Source: Candidatus Latescibacterota bacterium
GTDB taxonomy: Bacteria > Latescibacterota > UBA2968 > UBA8231
Direction of reading: 5' to 3'
DNA length: 64,000 bases
NCBI GenBank assembly: GCA_965197905.1
Contig: CBDAOB010000004.1
Coordinates: 1,728,001 to 1,792,000 of the forward strand
The notes below the pieces were generated by a model, which did not search any database, had not been told where the DNA came from, and saw only the letters and a list, made by a program, of their open reading frames with translations. The position numbers and the translations under genes were made by a program. Below are positions 29,867 to 40,391 of the stretch, one piece after another. Positions within the stretch are counted from its first letter, which is position 1. The number at the start of each line of letters is the position of its first letter.

Positions 29867-31521
29867 TTCAGGATGTGCCTACTCCCCTCTCCTGCCCAAG
29901 GGTCGGCCTCGGCGCAGGTGGCTTCTACGACCAGGTAGCTCGATTGGGAGCCGGCACAGCCCCAGAGCATGACCACCGGCTCGGTTCCCTCGTTGGCAAA
30001 ACTGTGAACGCGTCCACGGGGGAGCAACATCGCGGCGCCTTCGCCCACCGTATAGGTCCGGCCCTCCACCAAACACCGGGCGGATCCCGCCACGACAAAG
30101 GTGGCTTCGTCCACTTCGCGCAGGTGTGCCTCGGTGCGGCCGTTTGGGCGCACGATGCCGTAGCCGAAGCTCACCTCCAGGCCGGGCATCAACTCGCCGT
30201 TGCAGTAATCCACATACTCTGCGTCGGGACCGGTGGGATACCGCGGCGCGTCGGCGAGTCGAGCTAACTGTTCGGCCCCGGGCTGCCCGCTCGCGTCGGC
30301 AGGCATGCTCCGGCGCGAAAAGAAACGCTCGTCCAGCGTTCGCTCCAGACGGGTCGTCGGTACCGCGGCATAGAGAATGGCCTCTTCGCGGGAAGACGGA
30401 TTGAAAGCGGCATGGGCCAAACCGGCAGGGATCGTGATGTTGTCCAACGGCGACAGCGCATAGATGCGCCCTTCCACTTCTATCAGTACCTCGCCCCTGA
30501 GCAACGTCAAGGTTTCAGCGTACGGATGCTGGTGATAAGGCAGCCGGGCACCCGGATGGAATGTAGACAGTCCGGTGGTCAACCCTTCGGCTCCGTTGTG
30601 CGAGCCCGTTGCGGCCTCGAATTCCACGCCCCCGACGATCTCGACCGCGGGTCGGCTGCCCGGTTTGTCGACCACCTCGGCCCGATCGGGCCGCAGTGCC
30701 TGCGGAGGACGCGGTTGGGGTTCGAAGCGCACCCGTCCAAAGGCCGGGGTCATCGGTCGGTCCCTACCTACGTGAGCCAGCGCCCCGCGAATGCTGCGCA
30801 GCAGGAGACCGCCGTCGAGCCCCAGAGCCAGCATGCGGAACCCCTGGCTTCGCCGTTGGTCGAGGTTTTCGTTGCTGGTGGCAACCACCCCACAGTTCTT
30901 GCCAGCCGCGCGGATGGCGTCTTTGGCTGCCAGGATCTGGGCCGCAACACCGGGACCTTCCCATTGTCCGGGGAATCCGGCGGTGGATGAAAAGTCGGCC
31001 GGACCAAAATAGAACAAATCGGTTCCGGGAACCTCCAGCAGGCGTTCGATGTTCTGGGCTCCGGTTACCGACTCGATGATCGGCACGACCAGGACGTGCT
31101 CGTTGGCCTCTTCTACGTGCTCGACAAAGCAGTGGCCCCTGGCGCGTTCGGCACCGATGCCGCGCAATCCTTCAGGCGGATAATGGGCGAAGCGAATGGC
31201 GGATTCGAGTTGATTCACCGATTCGATCCACGGAACCACCACCCCGTCAGCGCCGATGTCCAGCGCCCGCTTGATGAGGCCGATGTTGACCTCTGCCAGT
31301 CGCACCAACACCACCGTATCGCTGCGCACCGTGGCGCGGATGTGTTCGAGAATGTCGCGCCAATCCAGCTGACCGTGTTCCGCGTCCACGACGACCCAAT
31401 CGAGCCCCAGTGCCACCGCCATCTCCGTAATACTGGCGGATTCCAGGGTTACCCACAGACCGTACACCGGCTCGTCGGCGGCCAGCTTCTGACGCAGCTT
31501 GCGTATGGCCAGACTTTTCAC
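29863..31521 (-). CDS. HpcH/HpaI aldolase fused to two cupin domains
   Basis: VDAEHG, IIES, GPAD; then YHQHPYAE and AHLREVDE cupin motifs. Confidence 0.88.
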   Translation of the reverse strand: MKSLAIRKLRQKLAADEPVYGLWVTLESASITEMAVALGLDWVVVDAEHGQLDWRDILEHIRATVRSDTVVLVRLAEVNIGLIKRALDIGADGVVVPWIESVNQLESAIRFAHYPPEGLRGIGAERARGHCFVEHVEEANEHVLVVPIIESVTGAQNIERLLEVPGTDLFYFGPADFSSTAGFPGQWEGPGVAAQILAAKDAIRAAGKNCGVVATSNENLDQRRSQGFRMLALGLDGGLLLRSIRGALAHVGRDRPMTPAFGRVRFEPQPRPPQALRPDRAEVVDKPGSRPAVEIVGGVEFEAATGSHNGAEGLTTGLSTFHPGARLPYHQHPYAETLTLLRGEVLIEVEGRIYALSPLDNITIPAGLAHAAFNPSSREEAILYAAVPTTRLERTLDERFFSRRSMPADASGQPGAEQLARLADAPRYPTGPDAEYVDYCNGELMPGLEVSFGYGIVRPNGRTEAHLREVDEATFVVAGSARCLVEGRTYTVGEGAAMLLPRGRVHSFANEGTEPVVMLWGCAGSQSSYLVVEATCAEADPWAGEGSRHILK

Positions 31522-31598
31522 GGGATCTCGATCCTACCCATCTTGAAGCTGCTGAATATAGAACATGCAATTTGCCGGCGAAAACGGGGGTGTTTGAT

Positions 31599-32531
31599 TC
31601 AGGATTGGGCCTCGTTCCACTCGCCCAGCCAATCGCGAGGCCGCAGAAAATCGCGGTACAGCCGCGCCTCGTCCGAATCCGGATCGGGATGCCAGTCATA
31701 CTTCCAGGTGACGTGCGGGGGCAGAGAGACCAAGATCGATTCGATGCGACCGCGCGACTGCAGGCCAAATAGGGTACCGCGATCGTAGACCAAATTGAAT
31801 TCTACGTAGCGTCCCCGGCGATACAACTGGAACTGTCGATGTGCGTCGGAGTACGGCATCTCTTTGCGACGGACAAGAATCGGCTGGTAGGCGGGCAGGA
31901 AATGGTCGCCGACACTGCGCGCGAAAGCGAAGGTTGTAGCGAAATCCTGCAGTTGCAGATCGTCGAAGAACAGGCCGCCGATGCCGCGGGTTTCGTCGCG
32001 GTGTTTGAGATAGAAGTACTCGTCGCACCACGCCTTGTACCGGGGATAGAGATCGGCCCCAAACGGTTCACAGGCGGTTTTGGCGATAGTGTGCCAGTGC
32101 AGGGCGTCTTCTTCGAACCCATAAAAAGGGGTCAGGTCGAACCCGCCGCCAAACCACCAGACGGCTTCCCTGTCCCGAGGTTGGGCCATAAAACAGCGCA
32201 GATTGGCGTGGGTCGTGGGCGCAAACGGATTGCGGGGATGAACGATCAGCGAGAGGCCAAGGGCTTCGAAACGGCAGTCCGCCAACTCCGGCCGCCGCGC
32301 CGTGGCCGCTGCGGGCAGTCGCTCTCCCGTTATGTGCGAGAAGTTCACGCCGGCTTTTTCTAACACGTCACCTTCTTCCAAAACGCGGGAGCACCCACCC
32401 CCACCGTCCTCCCGCGTCAATCGGTCGGCCCCGAACTTCGCGGAACTTTCTAGGGCTTCCAAGGCCTCACAGATCCGGCTCTGGAGTTCGGTTAGATAGC
32501 GTTCTACGGCGTCGATGCGCGGGTCATGCAC
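31599..32531 (-). CDS. hemF: Oxygen-dependent coproporphyrinogen III oxidase
   Basis: [46 protein letters not shown]. Confidence 0.97.
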   Translation of the reverse strand: MHDPRIDAVERYLTELQSRICEALEALESSAKFGADRLTREDGGGGCSRVLEEGDVLEKAGVNFSHITGERLPAAATARRPELADCRFEALGLSLIVHPRNPFAPTTHANLRCFMAQPRDREAVWWFGGGFDLTPFYGFEEDALHWHTIAKTACEPFGADLYPRYKAWCDEYFYLKHRDETRGIGGLFFDDLQLQDFATTFAFARSVGDHFLPAYQPILVRRKEMPYSDAHRQFQLYRRGRYVEFNLVYDRGTLFGLQSRGRIESILVSLPPHVTWKYDWHPDPDSDEARLYRDFLRPRDWLGEWNEAQS

Positions 32532-32691
32532 GGATGAGATCTCCGTCCTGTCGATCTAGGAGCATTACTTGACGCCCTTGAGGGGTGTGGGGATATTGAT
32601 CCGCCGTTTGACGCATAATAAAAGGGGGCGGACCGCTTTCTTCGTCAAGCAGGCTGTTCGATGGCGGCACGCTTTTGATCAGGAGCTCCCA

Positions 32692-33663
32692 ATGTCGTTG
32701 ACAATGCGCGTAGGTCTCGGTCAGTTCAAGGAACTCACCGACGAGAAGTTGCTGTTTATCAAACAGCTCGGTGCGGACGATTTTCTGATGAACACGCCCA
32801 AGCTCCCCGGGGATCGACAATGGGAGTTCGAAGACCTAGCCGCTCTCAAACAGCGGGCCGACGAAGCGGACTTGCGTCTCATGGCCCTGGAGAACGTACC
32901 TATTGGGTTCTACGACAAGGTGATGTTGGGAGCCCCGGGACGGGATGAGCAGATCGAACATATGTCTACGACGGTGCGGAATATGGGCCGCGCCGGCATT
33001 CCGATTCTTGGGTACCACTGGGTGCCGAATTTTGTTTGGCGCACGCCGAACATGGCGACCCTGCGCGGAGGAGCCCGATCGACCCGGTTCGACCGCTCCG
33101 AACACGACCCCAACGAGCTTACCCACGGACGCATCTACACGCCCGAAGAGATGTGGGAGAACTACGCCTATTACCTGGAGCGGATACTGCCGGTGGCGGA
33201 GGAATCGAAGGTTACGCTGGCGTTGCATCCCGACGACCCGCCCGTTACTGGACTGGGAGGCATTGCGCGCATCTTCTCCAGCTTCGAGGGGTTCAAGCGC
33301 GGCATGGACACCTTCGACAGCCCGCTGCACGGCCTCGATTTCTGCATGGGATGCTGGTCTGAGATGGGCGGGCAAGAAAATGTACTGAAGGGGATCCGCT
33401 ACTTTGGACCACAGGGCAAGATTATCTATATCCACTTCCGCGACGTCACGGGAACCTCCGAGTGCTTCCACGAAAATTTCATCGACGCGGGCCAGGTGGA
33501 CACCTTCGGAGTGGTGAAGGTCTTGAAGGAGGTAGGGTTCGACGGATTCATGATTCCCGACCACGTGCCCCACATTGTCGATGACACCGGATGGGCGCAC
33601 CGGGGTCGCGCCCACGCCGTCGGTTTCATGCAGGCGTTGATTCAAGCTGTAGACAGGAGTTAA
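32692..33663 (+). CDS. uxuA: Mannonate dehydratase family protein
   Basis: LALHPDDPP, FCMGC, HFRDV, PDHVP; AGGAG before ATG. Confidence 0.85.
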   Translation: MSLTMRVGLGQFKELTDEKLLFIKQLGADDFLMNTPKLPGDRQWEFEDLAALKQRADEADLRLMALENVPIGFYDKVMLGAPGRDEQIEHMSTTVRNMGRAGIPILGYHWVPNFVWRTPNMATLRGGARSTRFDRSEHDPNELTHGRIYTPEEMWENYAYYLERILPVAEESKVTLALHPDDPPVTGLGGIARIFSSFEGFKRGMDTFDSPLHGLDFCMGCWSEMGGQENVLKGIRYFGPQGKIIYIHFRDVTGTSECFHENFIDAGQVDTFGVVKVLKEVGFDGFMIPDHVPHIVDDTGWAHRGRAHAVGFMQALIQAVDRS

Positions 33664-34913
33664 CGAGCCCGCGTCATAGTCTCGTCCAACACCTTGCCAT
33701 CCTCATCCAGCGCCACGTACCTGACCTCACCGTCGGCGACGTCCACGCGCCAGAAGTGGGCTCCCGTGGCCGCTCTCTCCAGGTACCAGCGCCGGCTCCG
33801 ATCCACCTGACGGGGACCCTTTACGATGCGGGAGATCCGCCCGAAACAACCGTCGCCCAGATAGAGTGTGCCGTCTGTCGCCACCTCGCCAGCGCGAAGT
33901 AGCTTGCTCCGTTTGAGCATGTGATCGTGATTTTCGAACGCTGCTGTCAGGCCAAATTGGTCGAACAGCCACCCCCAGTGGCGGCGTCCAAGGCGCGACC
34001 TTGTCGCGTTGAACGGTCGGTAACCGGGATAGAGTGGAACGTGGTAGGCCGCAAAGCGAAACGGCACCCCACGGCTGGCTTCCAGCTGATCGGCAAGCCA
34101 GGTCGCTTGTGCTCCCCCGTGAGGCACTAGGTGGCCGCTGTCCAAGACGAACAAGGCGAGGTTCGCCCCCACCCTGCGTGAGAAGTAGCTTTCCCCTCCC
34201 TGAGGAAAGTAGCGAAAAAAGAAGGGGGCCGTCGGTGGATCCGAGCGGTTGTCCACATCGTGGTTGCCCACCGCCAGCACCATCGGCACCAATCGGTTGT
34301 CGGGTGTGACCATCTCTTCCTGCCAGTTCTTTAACCAGCGATCCCAAAGCTCGTAGTTTTCCGCAACCGCGTTGGCATAGGCCAGGTCGCCGCCCACCAG
34401 TCCGAACAGGGGAGATTGTTTAGCTGCCTGGGCCAACAGTTCCCTAGCTCCGCGGCCCACCCCCATATCTCCTCCGCTCACGAAGGTGAACGGTTGGTCG
34501 GCGCCGGGTGCCGTGCGAAAGGAGTACTCCGCACTCAGGCCACTGATCTCATCGCCGGCGACAAAGAAATAAACCGTATCGGGTAAGAGGTTGCGAAGAA
34601 CCACCCGGTGTACCCGGCGACGGTCTGCCAGTTCCGCCATCACGTAGGCGGTACCGGCGGCGGTCAAACGGTGTGGCTTCCCCGTGCGGGCCCGCGATCG
34701 TAGGTCGAAGGTGACGCGACTCACCGCGATAGGCGGAACATCCTGCTCGCCGCGTCCTTCAGTGTCTTGTCGGGAGGGTGCGAAGGTATGATAGCTCACC
34801 GTTACCGCCGTAGCTGGATCTTCCTGCCAGGTCAGGTAGACGAATCTCGGCGCCGCCATAGCTTCGGTCTGGAAGCCAACGAACGTTGCCAGAAGGGCCG
34901 CCCACCGGCTCAT
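33660..34913 (-). CDS. Purple-acid-phosphatase-like metallophosphoesterase, exported
   Basis: GGD, GGDLAY, GNHD, YH.P, NHDH; FN3-like N-terminal domain. Confidence 0.88.
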   Translation of the reverse strand: MSRWAALLATFVGFQTEAMAAPRFVYLTWQEDPATAVTVSYHTFAPSRQDTEGRGEQDVPPIAVSRVTFDLRSRARTGKPHRLTAAGTAYVMAELADRRRVHRVVLRNLLPDTVYFFVAGDEISGLSAEYSFRTAPGADQPFTFVSGGDMGVGRGARELLAQAAKQSPLFGLVGGDLAYANAVAENYELWDRWLKNWQEEMVTPDNRLVPMVLAVGNHDVDNRSDPPTAPFFFRYFPQGGESYFSRRVGANLALFVLDSGHLVPHGGAQATWLADQLEASRGVPFRFAAYHVPLYPGYRPFNATRSRLGRRHWGWLFDQFGLTAAFENHDHMLKRSKLLRAGEVATDGTLYLGDGCFGRISRIVKGPRQVDRSRRWYLERAATGAHFWRVDVADGEVRYVALDEDGKVLDETMTRAR

Positions 34914-35686
34914 TTCGGGGGCGCCACGGACAACTCGTCCAACATCGCGGGAAACTCGAGACCAAGTTTTGACTCTTGTGCCTTGGCACGCTCGCGCCAC
35001 GTCGTTTCTCGTTGGTCACCGACGGGGGTGGTGAGGCCGAGCGCAACGAAATTGCGTTTGCCGGCCACCGGCAGATGAAGTACCTGTCCGTCAAAGGCGT
35101 CCATCAGCTGGGTCTCAACCCGGGCCACCATGTCGTTGTCGGCGCCACTCCAGAGGTTAATGGAGAGTACTCCGCCGGCACTGAGCAGGCGGCGGCACCC
35201 GGCGATAAAATCGGGCGCTCCATTGGCCGAAGCCATGCCTTCGGGCGTATGCAGATCCACGAGCACGAGGTCGTAGGATGGTTCGCGGTGGCGTGCCACA
35301 AATTGTTCCGCGTCCGTTTCCAGCACCCGGAGGTTGTTGTTTTCGGGGAGTGCGAAGAATCGTCGCGCCAGCTGGACGACGGTTGGGCGCCGCTCCACCG
35401 CATCGACGAGACAATCTGGGTAGCAGTGTAGAAGAAACCGTGCCAACGAACCTCCGCCCAACCCCAAAATCAAGACGGTCTTTGGCTTTCCGTCGAACAT
35501 GACCAGGCAGATCATCATACATCGCGTGTAGGTAAGCGCCAGCTCCCGGCGGTCGCGAAACAGCATCGTGCTTTGCCTGGCCCGGGTTCCAAAGTGCATG
35601 GTGCGAGCCGTGGCCTCGTCCACTACGTCGATCCCACCTTCGGTGTCGACACAGGAATAGATCAGATTGCCGTCGTAGTGTGGCAT
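34910..35686 (-). CDS. Spermidine-synthase-like SAM-dependent transferase
   Basis: ILGLGGGSL, DA..F, YDLVLVD. Confidence 0.8.
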   Translation of the reverse strand: MPHYDGNLIYSCVDTEGGIDVVDEATARTMHFGTRARQSTMLFRDRRELALTYTRCMMICLVMFDGKPKTVLILGLGGGSLARFLLHCYPDCLVDAVERRPTVVQLARRFFALPENNNLRVLETDAEQFVARHREPSYDLVLVDLHTPEGMASANGAPDFIAGCRRLLSAGGVLSINLWSGADNDMVARVETQLMDAFDGQVLHLPVAGKRNFVALGLTTPVGDQRETTWRERAKAQESKLGLEFPAMLDELSVAPPK

Positions 35687-35717
35687 CCGTTTCAGACCCC
35701 ATACCCCTGCACGATTG

Positions 35718-36689
35718 TCAGCTCTCCCGGTTCCCCCATCGCGTAGCAATCACCGCATCCAACGCATTCTGACCTAGGTGGAAGGTGATGCACGGAATGG
35801 CCAACAACCCCTTGGTTTGCGGTGACACCGCCAGGCCGGGAAGAAAGGCCAACACCGTCATCGCCACCGGCAGGGTCTTCTGGCTGGCCATCAACACCAC
35901 CGCTCTGCGGGCCGGCTCCGGGAGACGCAACAGCGAACAGGCGCCGGCGTTAATCAGCAGGTAGAGGATGTGTATCGCCAAGCCGGAAACGATCAACAAG
36001 AGAAGATGGCCGAGGGCGATCTGGGTCAACTCTTCGGAAGACTCGCTGAACTTCATCCAGGGAATAGTGATCAGAGCAAGATTGCTGGAGGTGGTGAGAT
36101 TCTTGCGATTGTCACCCGCCCAGGTGGCGACAAACCGACGCACGATCTTGCCGGCAGTCAGCGGTAGCAGGATCGACAGGCAGAGCTTGACCGAGAGATC
36201 GGTGGCAGAGAGTTCCACCTGTCCAAGCGCTCCCAAGAGAAGTGCCAGAACAAACGGTACGGTAAAGATGCCGGCTACATTCGTGACCAGCGTCAGCAGC
36301 AGGGCGAGGGCCGAGTTTCCGCGCGCCTGACTGGTCAATGCGATGCCCGAAGACAAGGTCGTAGGCATACAACAGAACAAAGCCAATCCCAGTTGGAAGG
36401 CGGGGTCGATCGGCACCTGAAAAGCGATGGCTGTCCCGATGGCTGGGGTAAGGAAGAGGATGGAGACCGTTCCCCAAAGACTTCCCCGCCAAGCCGAGAG
36501 TGCGGCGCACATCTCTTCGGTTCGCAGCATCAACCCCGACAGAAAGAAGATGGCGCTGACCGCGACGTACTGGGTGGGCAGCGTTGCCAGATACCGACCC
36601 GGCTGGGGGAACACCAAACCGACGATCACAACCGTCAACAGACCGATCGGCAGATTCTGTTTGCTGACAAACTCGGTTGCTCGTTGCAT
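35718..36689 (-). CDS. Bile acid:sodium symporter family protein
   Basis: IFFLSGL.L, MPTTLSSG, SQKTLP. Confidence 0.85.
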   Translation of the reverse strand: MQRATEFVSKQNLPIGLLTVVIVGLVFPQPGRYLATLPTQYVAVSAIFFLSGLMLRTEEMCAALSAWRGSLWGTVSILFLTPAIGTAIAFQVPIDPAFQLGLALFCCMPTTLSSGIALTSQARGNSALALLLTLVTNVAGIFTVPFVLALLLGALGQVELSATDLSVKLCLSILLPLTAGKIVRRFVATWAGDNRKNLTTSSNLALITIPWMKFSESSEELTQIALGHLLLLIVSGLAIHILYLLINAGACSLLRLPEPARRAVVLMASQKTLPVAMTVLAFLPGLAVSPQTKGLLAIPCITFHLGQNALDAVIATRWGNRES

Positions 36690-36761
36690 GGTATCGCCAA
36701 AAAATTCGGGCCGGACAGCGGTGCGTCCGGCCCTATTCATAGTAAGTCGTGACTTGGGGCT

Positions 36762-37226
36762 TCAGTTTTTTGTTATGGCTGACAACGAGGTTGACAGGAA
36801 CTTGCGGGCTAGGTCATCCTCAGAGAACAAGAAACCAAGAAACCGGACCAGCCGTTTGCGGGCATCCGAGCTTATCAGGTGTTCCACCTTGCACGCATCA
36901 ATCTCGGCGTCATCATCATCCATACCCAACGCGTCGCTGAGAAATTTCTTTACCGCCAAGCGCGTCGCCTCGATCTCCTGCACCACCAACAGTCCTCGAT
37001 CCGTAAGCTCCAGAAAGCGGTTGTGATCCTCCTGTACGTACCCCCGTTCCTTCAAGTGCTTCATGGCTGACGAGACGCTGCCTTTGGTGATCTGCAAAAG
37101 CTGCGCAATGTCGGAGACACGAGCGTATCCGTGCTCATCCCTCAGCGCGTGAACCGCCATCAAGTGGTGAGCGGCGCTGTGGCTGAGCTCGTTCTCCTCG
37201 TACGCCTTCCAGACCTCTTCGAACAC
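36762..37226 (-). CDS. DtxR/MntR-family metal-dependent regulator
   Basis: ARVSDIAQLLQITKGSVS HTH, DACKVEH; AGGAG before GTG at 37226. Confidence 0.88.
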   Translation of the reverse strand: MFEEVWKAYEENELSHSAAHHLMAVHALRDEHGYARVSDIAQLLQITKGSVSSAMKHLKERGYVQEDHNRFLELTDRGLLVVQEIEATRLAVKKFLSDALGMDDDDAEIDACKVEHLISSDARKRLVRFLGFLFSEDDLARKFLSTSLSAITKN

Positions 37227-37430
37227 TCGTGAACTCCTGACTAGCGTGGGATAATCTTGTGTCGGGCACGCACGGTGGGAGATGAAGATGGACCGCATCG
37301 AACACCGATCTTGTTGCTTTACAGCAGTGGTTGGGCCGCTATATTGCAACCCTGATTCGATGCGAGACAGACAGTGGTAACTATATAAAGAAGTAGATAT
37401 GAATGAGCAAGAGCGGGGAGGCGGATCAGA

Positions 37431-38819
37431 GTGAGCTATAGCGCCGTAATGGATTACGTCGATGGACACGTATCCGAATATGTCGCTCAGCTCAAGCAGT
37501 TTGTTGCGTTGCCGAGCATCAGTGCGGGCGCCGATGAGGACAGCACTGCGGCCATCGACGCAGCGGCCACATTTCTGGTGGACAATCTGCGAAGATGCGG
37601 ATTAGTGGCGAACGCAGTTGAAGTCGCCGCCGGCTTGAATCCGCTCGTGTTGGCCCACCCTGCCGAGATTGTGGCCCAAAAACCCACCGTGTTGATCTAC
37701 GGTCACTACGACGTGCAAGGTGTCGACAACCCCAGATCCGCCTGGAAGCACGATCCGTTCGCCGCCATCGAGGAGGACGGTTGTCTAATTGGCAGGGGAA
37801 GCAGCGACAACAAAGGTCCATGTTTCGCACACGTCAAAGCGGTCGAGGCGATCTTGAAATCTGCCGGCGAGCTGCCGGTGAACCCGATCTTTCTGATCGA
37901 AGGAGAGGAGGAGTGCGGCAGCCGTGCCATTGGTCAGTTCGTTCGCTCCGGGGAGCTCGAACGCTTCGGTTCCATCCTCTGCACCGTCATTTCCGATACC
38001 AGCATGTATGGTCCCGAGCAACCGGCTTTGACGCTGGGTCTTCGCGGCATATTGATGCTCGAGCTGACCATCCGCGGCGCAGCTCGCGATTTGCACTCGG
38101 GTTTGTACGGCGGCATTGCGCCGAATCCTAACGTCGCTCTGGCCCGAGCCCTCGGGGCCCTGTACGACAACCAAGGAGGCATCGCCGTGCCCGGGTTTTA
38201 CGACGATGTCAAGGAGCTCACCGACCAGGAGAAGGAGCGTTACGAACGCCTACCTCAAGACGAAGAATCCTACTGCCGGGAGATCGGTGTTTCGGGCCTG
38301 TCGGGCGAAAGCGGCTACTCGGTCCTCGAACGCAGATGGACGCGACCGACCCTGGACATCAACCTACTGGAAGGGGGCAGTCCAAGAACGGTACTACCCG
38401 CGTTTGCCAGAGCTGCCGTCAGCGCCAGGCTGGTACCCGACCAGGCGCCCGAAAAAATCGGCGCCGCGCTGCGCCAGGTTTTCTCCGACAACGTCCCCAG
38501 TAACCTAACGTTGGAGTTCGGACCAGAGCACGCATCGCCGGCCTACGTGCTCCACTTCGATCACCCATTGGTGGAACCCGCAATGAACGCGCTACGCGCG
38601 GGATTCGATCGCGAGCCGGTGCTTGTTCGCGAAGGCGGGTCCATCCCGATCGTCACCGAGTTTGCGGTGCACACCAAAGCGCCTGTCTTGCTGCTGGGTC
38701 TAGGACAGATGACCGACAACTGGCACGGGCCCAACGAGCGTTTCTCCCTGCAGGACTTCCACCGCGGCATTCGGATGGGAGCGGCTTTGCTCCACGAACT
38801 GGCGGCTTTCACTCCGTAA
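37431..38819 (+). CDS. M20-family dipeptidase/metallohydrolase
   Basis: YGHYDVQ, GRGSSDNKG, EGEEE, DLHSG, HGPNE. Confidence 0.92.
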   Translation: MSYSAVMDYVDGHVSEYVAQLKQFVALPSISAGADEDSTAAIDAAATFLVDNLRRCGLVANAVEVAAGLNPLVLAHPAEIVAQKPTVLIYGHYDVQGVDNPRSAWKHDPFAAIEEDGCLIGRGSSDNKGPCFAHVKAVEAILKSAGELPVNPIFLIEGEEECGSRAIGQFVRSGELERFGSILCTVISDTSMYGPEQPALTLGLRGILMLELTIRGAARDLHSGLYGGIAPNPNVALARALGALYDNQGGIAVPGFYDDVKELTDQEKERYERLPQDEESYCREIGVSGLSGESGYSVLERRWTRPTLDINLLEGGSPRTVLPAFARAAVSARLVPDQAPEKIGAALRQVFSDNVPSNLTLEFGPEHASPAYVLHFDHPLVEPAMNALRAGFDREPVLVREGGSIPIVTEFAVHTKAPVLLLGLGQMTDNWHGPNERFSLQDFHRGIRMGAALLHELAAFTP

Positions 38820-39346
38820 CGAAACGCATCGCCATAGATAAAGCCAAGGAAAACGGGGTGGCCACGGTGACCCTGCGATCATCGATCAAACGGGGGCTGT
38901 GACCACCGACCCCGATGCCTTTCTCGAAGAACCTCGAGGCGCCATGCTGCCGTTAGGGGGGCCGGCGGCGCACAAGGGGTACTTGCCTGGGGGTGATTGT
39001 CGAGTTGCTGGGAGGCGCGCTTGGGGGAGAAGGGTGTGCTGCTGGGTTGGTGCGGATGAAAAGCAACGGGGTGCTGCTGAACGTCTACGACATCGAACAC
39101 TTCACCTCTCTAGAGGTGTATTACGAGGAAGTCGAAACCCTCATTGCTCATATCCACACCAGTCGTGTAGACCCCGCCGTGGGGGAGATTCTCCTACCGG
39201 GAGAACCTGAGTTTCGCTCGGCGCGAGAGAAAGAGACCAACGGCATCCCCATCGACGACACCACCTGGTCGCGGATAGTCACAACCGCGAAACGGTTTGG
39301 CGTGGACGCCGGTCAAGTGCCACAAGTAAGGTCTTCGGGACCATAA
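38816..39346 (+). pseudogene. Decayed Ldh_2 (malate/L-lactate dehydrogenase-type) oxidoreductase
   Basis: Fragments AIDKAKENGVATVTLR / IDQTGAVTTDP..MLPLGG..HKGY / LGVIVELLGGAL..ILLPGEPE..GIPIDDTTW separated by frame changes; N-terminus and middle missing. Confidence 0.8.
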
Positions 39347-39393
39347 GCGGCAATTGCCGGCGAAGAATCAGGTCGCCTCAACTTGTCTTGGGT

Positions 39394-39735
39394 TTATGGT
39401 TGCTCCTCCACGTTTTCTTCCGCGTCGGGAGCCGGCGTCGGCGCACCGGGCTCGTCGTCTCCCTCGATGAGCGCCTTCAAATCTTCCAGGATGACCCCCA
39501 GTCGCTCGCTTGCCTTTTCCAGACCCAGTTCGCGCCGATCGGCCCGCATGATCCCGTCGGCAATGCGCGAGATGAAGACCTCGATCTCGGTGAGCAGTTC
39601 GGCCGTCCGCTTCTCCTCGTTGCGTAGCGCCATGAACTCGGCGCGCAGCCGGCTCAGCCTGAACGCGGTACGGTCGCGCACCACCAAACAGGAGATGATG
39701 AGAACTATGCCGACGCCCAGATAGAGCTCGATCAT
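39394..39735 (-). CDS. Small TM plus coiled-coil protein
   Basis: N-terminal hydrophobic helix, heptad-rich body, acidic tail. Confidence 0.7.
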   Translation of the reverse strand: MIELYLGVGIVLIISCLVVRDRTAFRLSRLRAEFMALRNEEKRTAELLTEIEVFISRIADGIMRADRRELGLEKASERLGVILEDLKALIEGDDEPGAPTPAPDAEENVEEQP

Positions 39736-39739
39736 CGCT

Positions 39740-40243
39740 TCAGCCCTTACCCCCGGGCATCCTCTTGAGTTTGGCTTCCATCTGTTCCAAGGTCCGCTTC
39801 ACCAGCCCGGTGTCGCGCTCGATCCCGGTCAGGTTGGTGTCCAATTCCAACCGACTGTTCTTTGCTTCGATCACCAGCTGTCGGATGTCCGCCACGTCGC
39901 CATCTTCCTCGGCTATCTCCTCCTCCTCGCCGATCGCCGGTTCGGCGGTAGGGTCGGGAGTAGACGGAACCGACTTTTGGACCTCCTCCATTTCCGCTTT
40001 CAGGGGTGCGACCTTTTCCGTCCAGATGCGGTGGGCGGCTTCCAGTTCGCCCACCCGGTCGCCGGCACTGCGGCGGATATTTCGGGTCGACTCCTGCAGA
40101 TTCTGAACGTGCTCCCTGATCTTCTTGCGGACCGGAGCTTGGCGCATGCGCAGGTCATACGCCTTCTTCTGATACACCAAAAGCATCTGAATCAGAATGG
40201 CGACCAAGCCGATGGCGACGATGCCAAATATCCAGATTATCAT
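39740..40243 (-). CDS. TM plus coiled-coil protein
   Basis: N-terminal TM; two coiled-coil segments separated by an acidic/Pro linker. Confidence 0.7.
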   Translation of the reverse strand: MIIWIFGIVAIGLVAILIQMLLVYQKKAYDLRMRQAPVRKKIREHVQNLQESTRNIRRSAGDRVGELEAAHRIWTEKVAPLKAEMEEVQKSVPSTPDPTAEPAIGEEEEIAEEDGDVADIRQLVIEAKNSRLELDTNLTGIERDTGLVKRTLEQMEAKLKRMPGGKG

Positions 40244-40391
40244 CGGAAGTTGTTATTTGTACTACGGTTGCAGATGGTTAACGGCGTTCAAATAGAGTAT
40301 TCCCGGCGGCAAAGTCAAGATATTTCGATGATTCGCGGGCTGCAGGCGGGGGTCCGGCACGGAAAGACGAGGTGGGCGGCCCATGTGTAGA

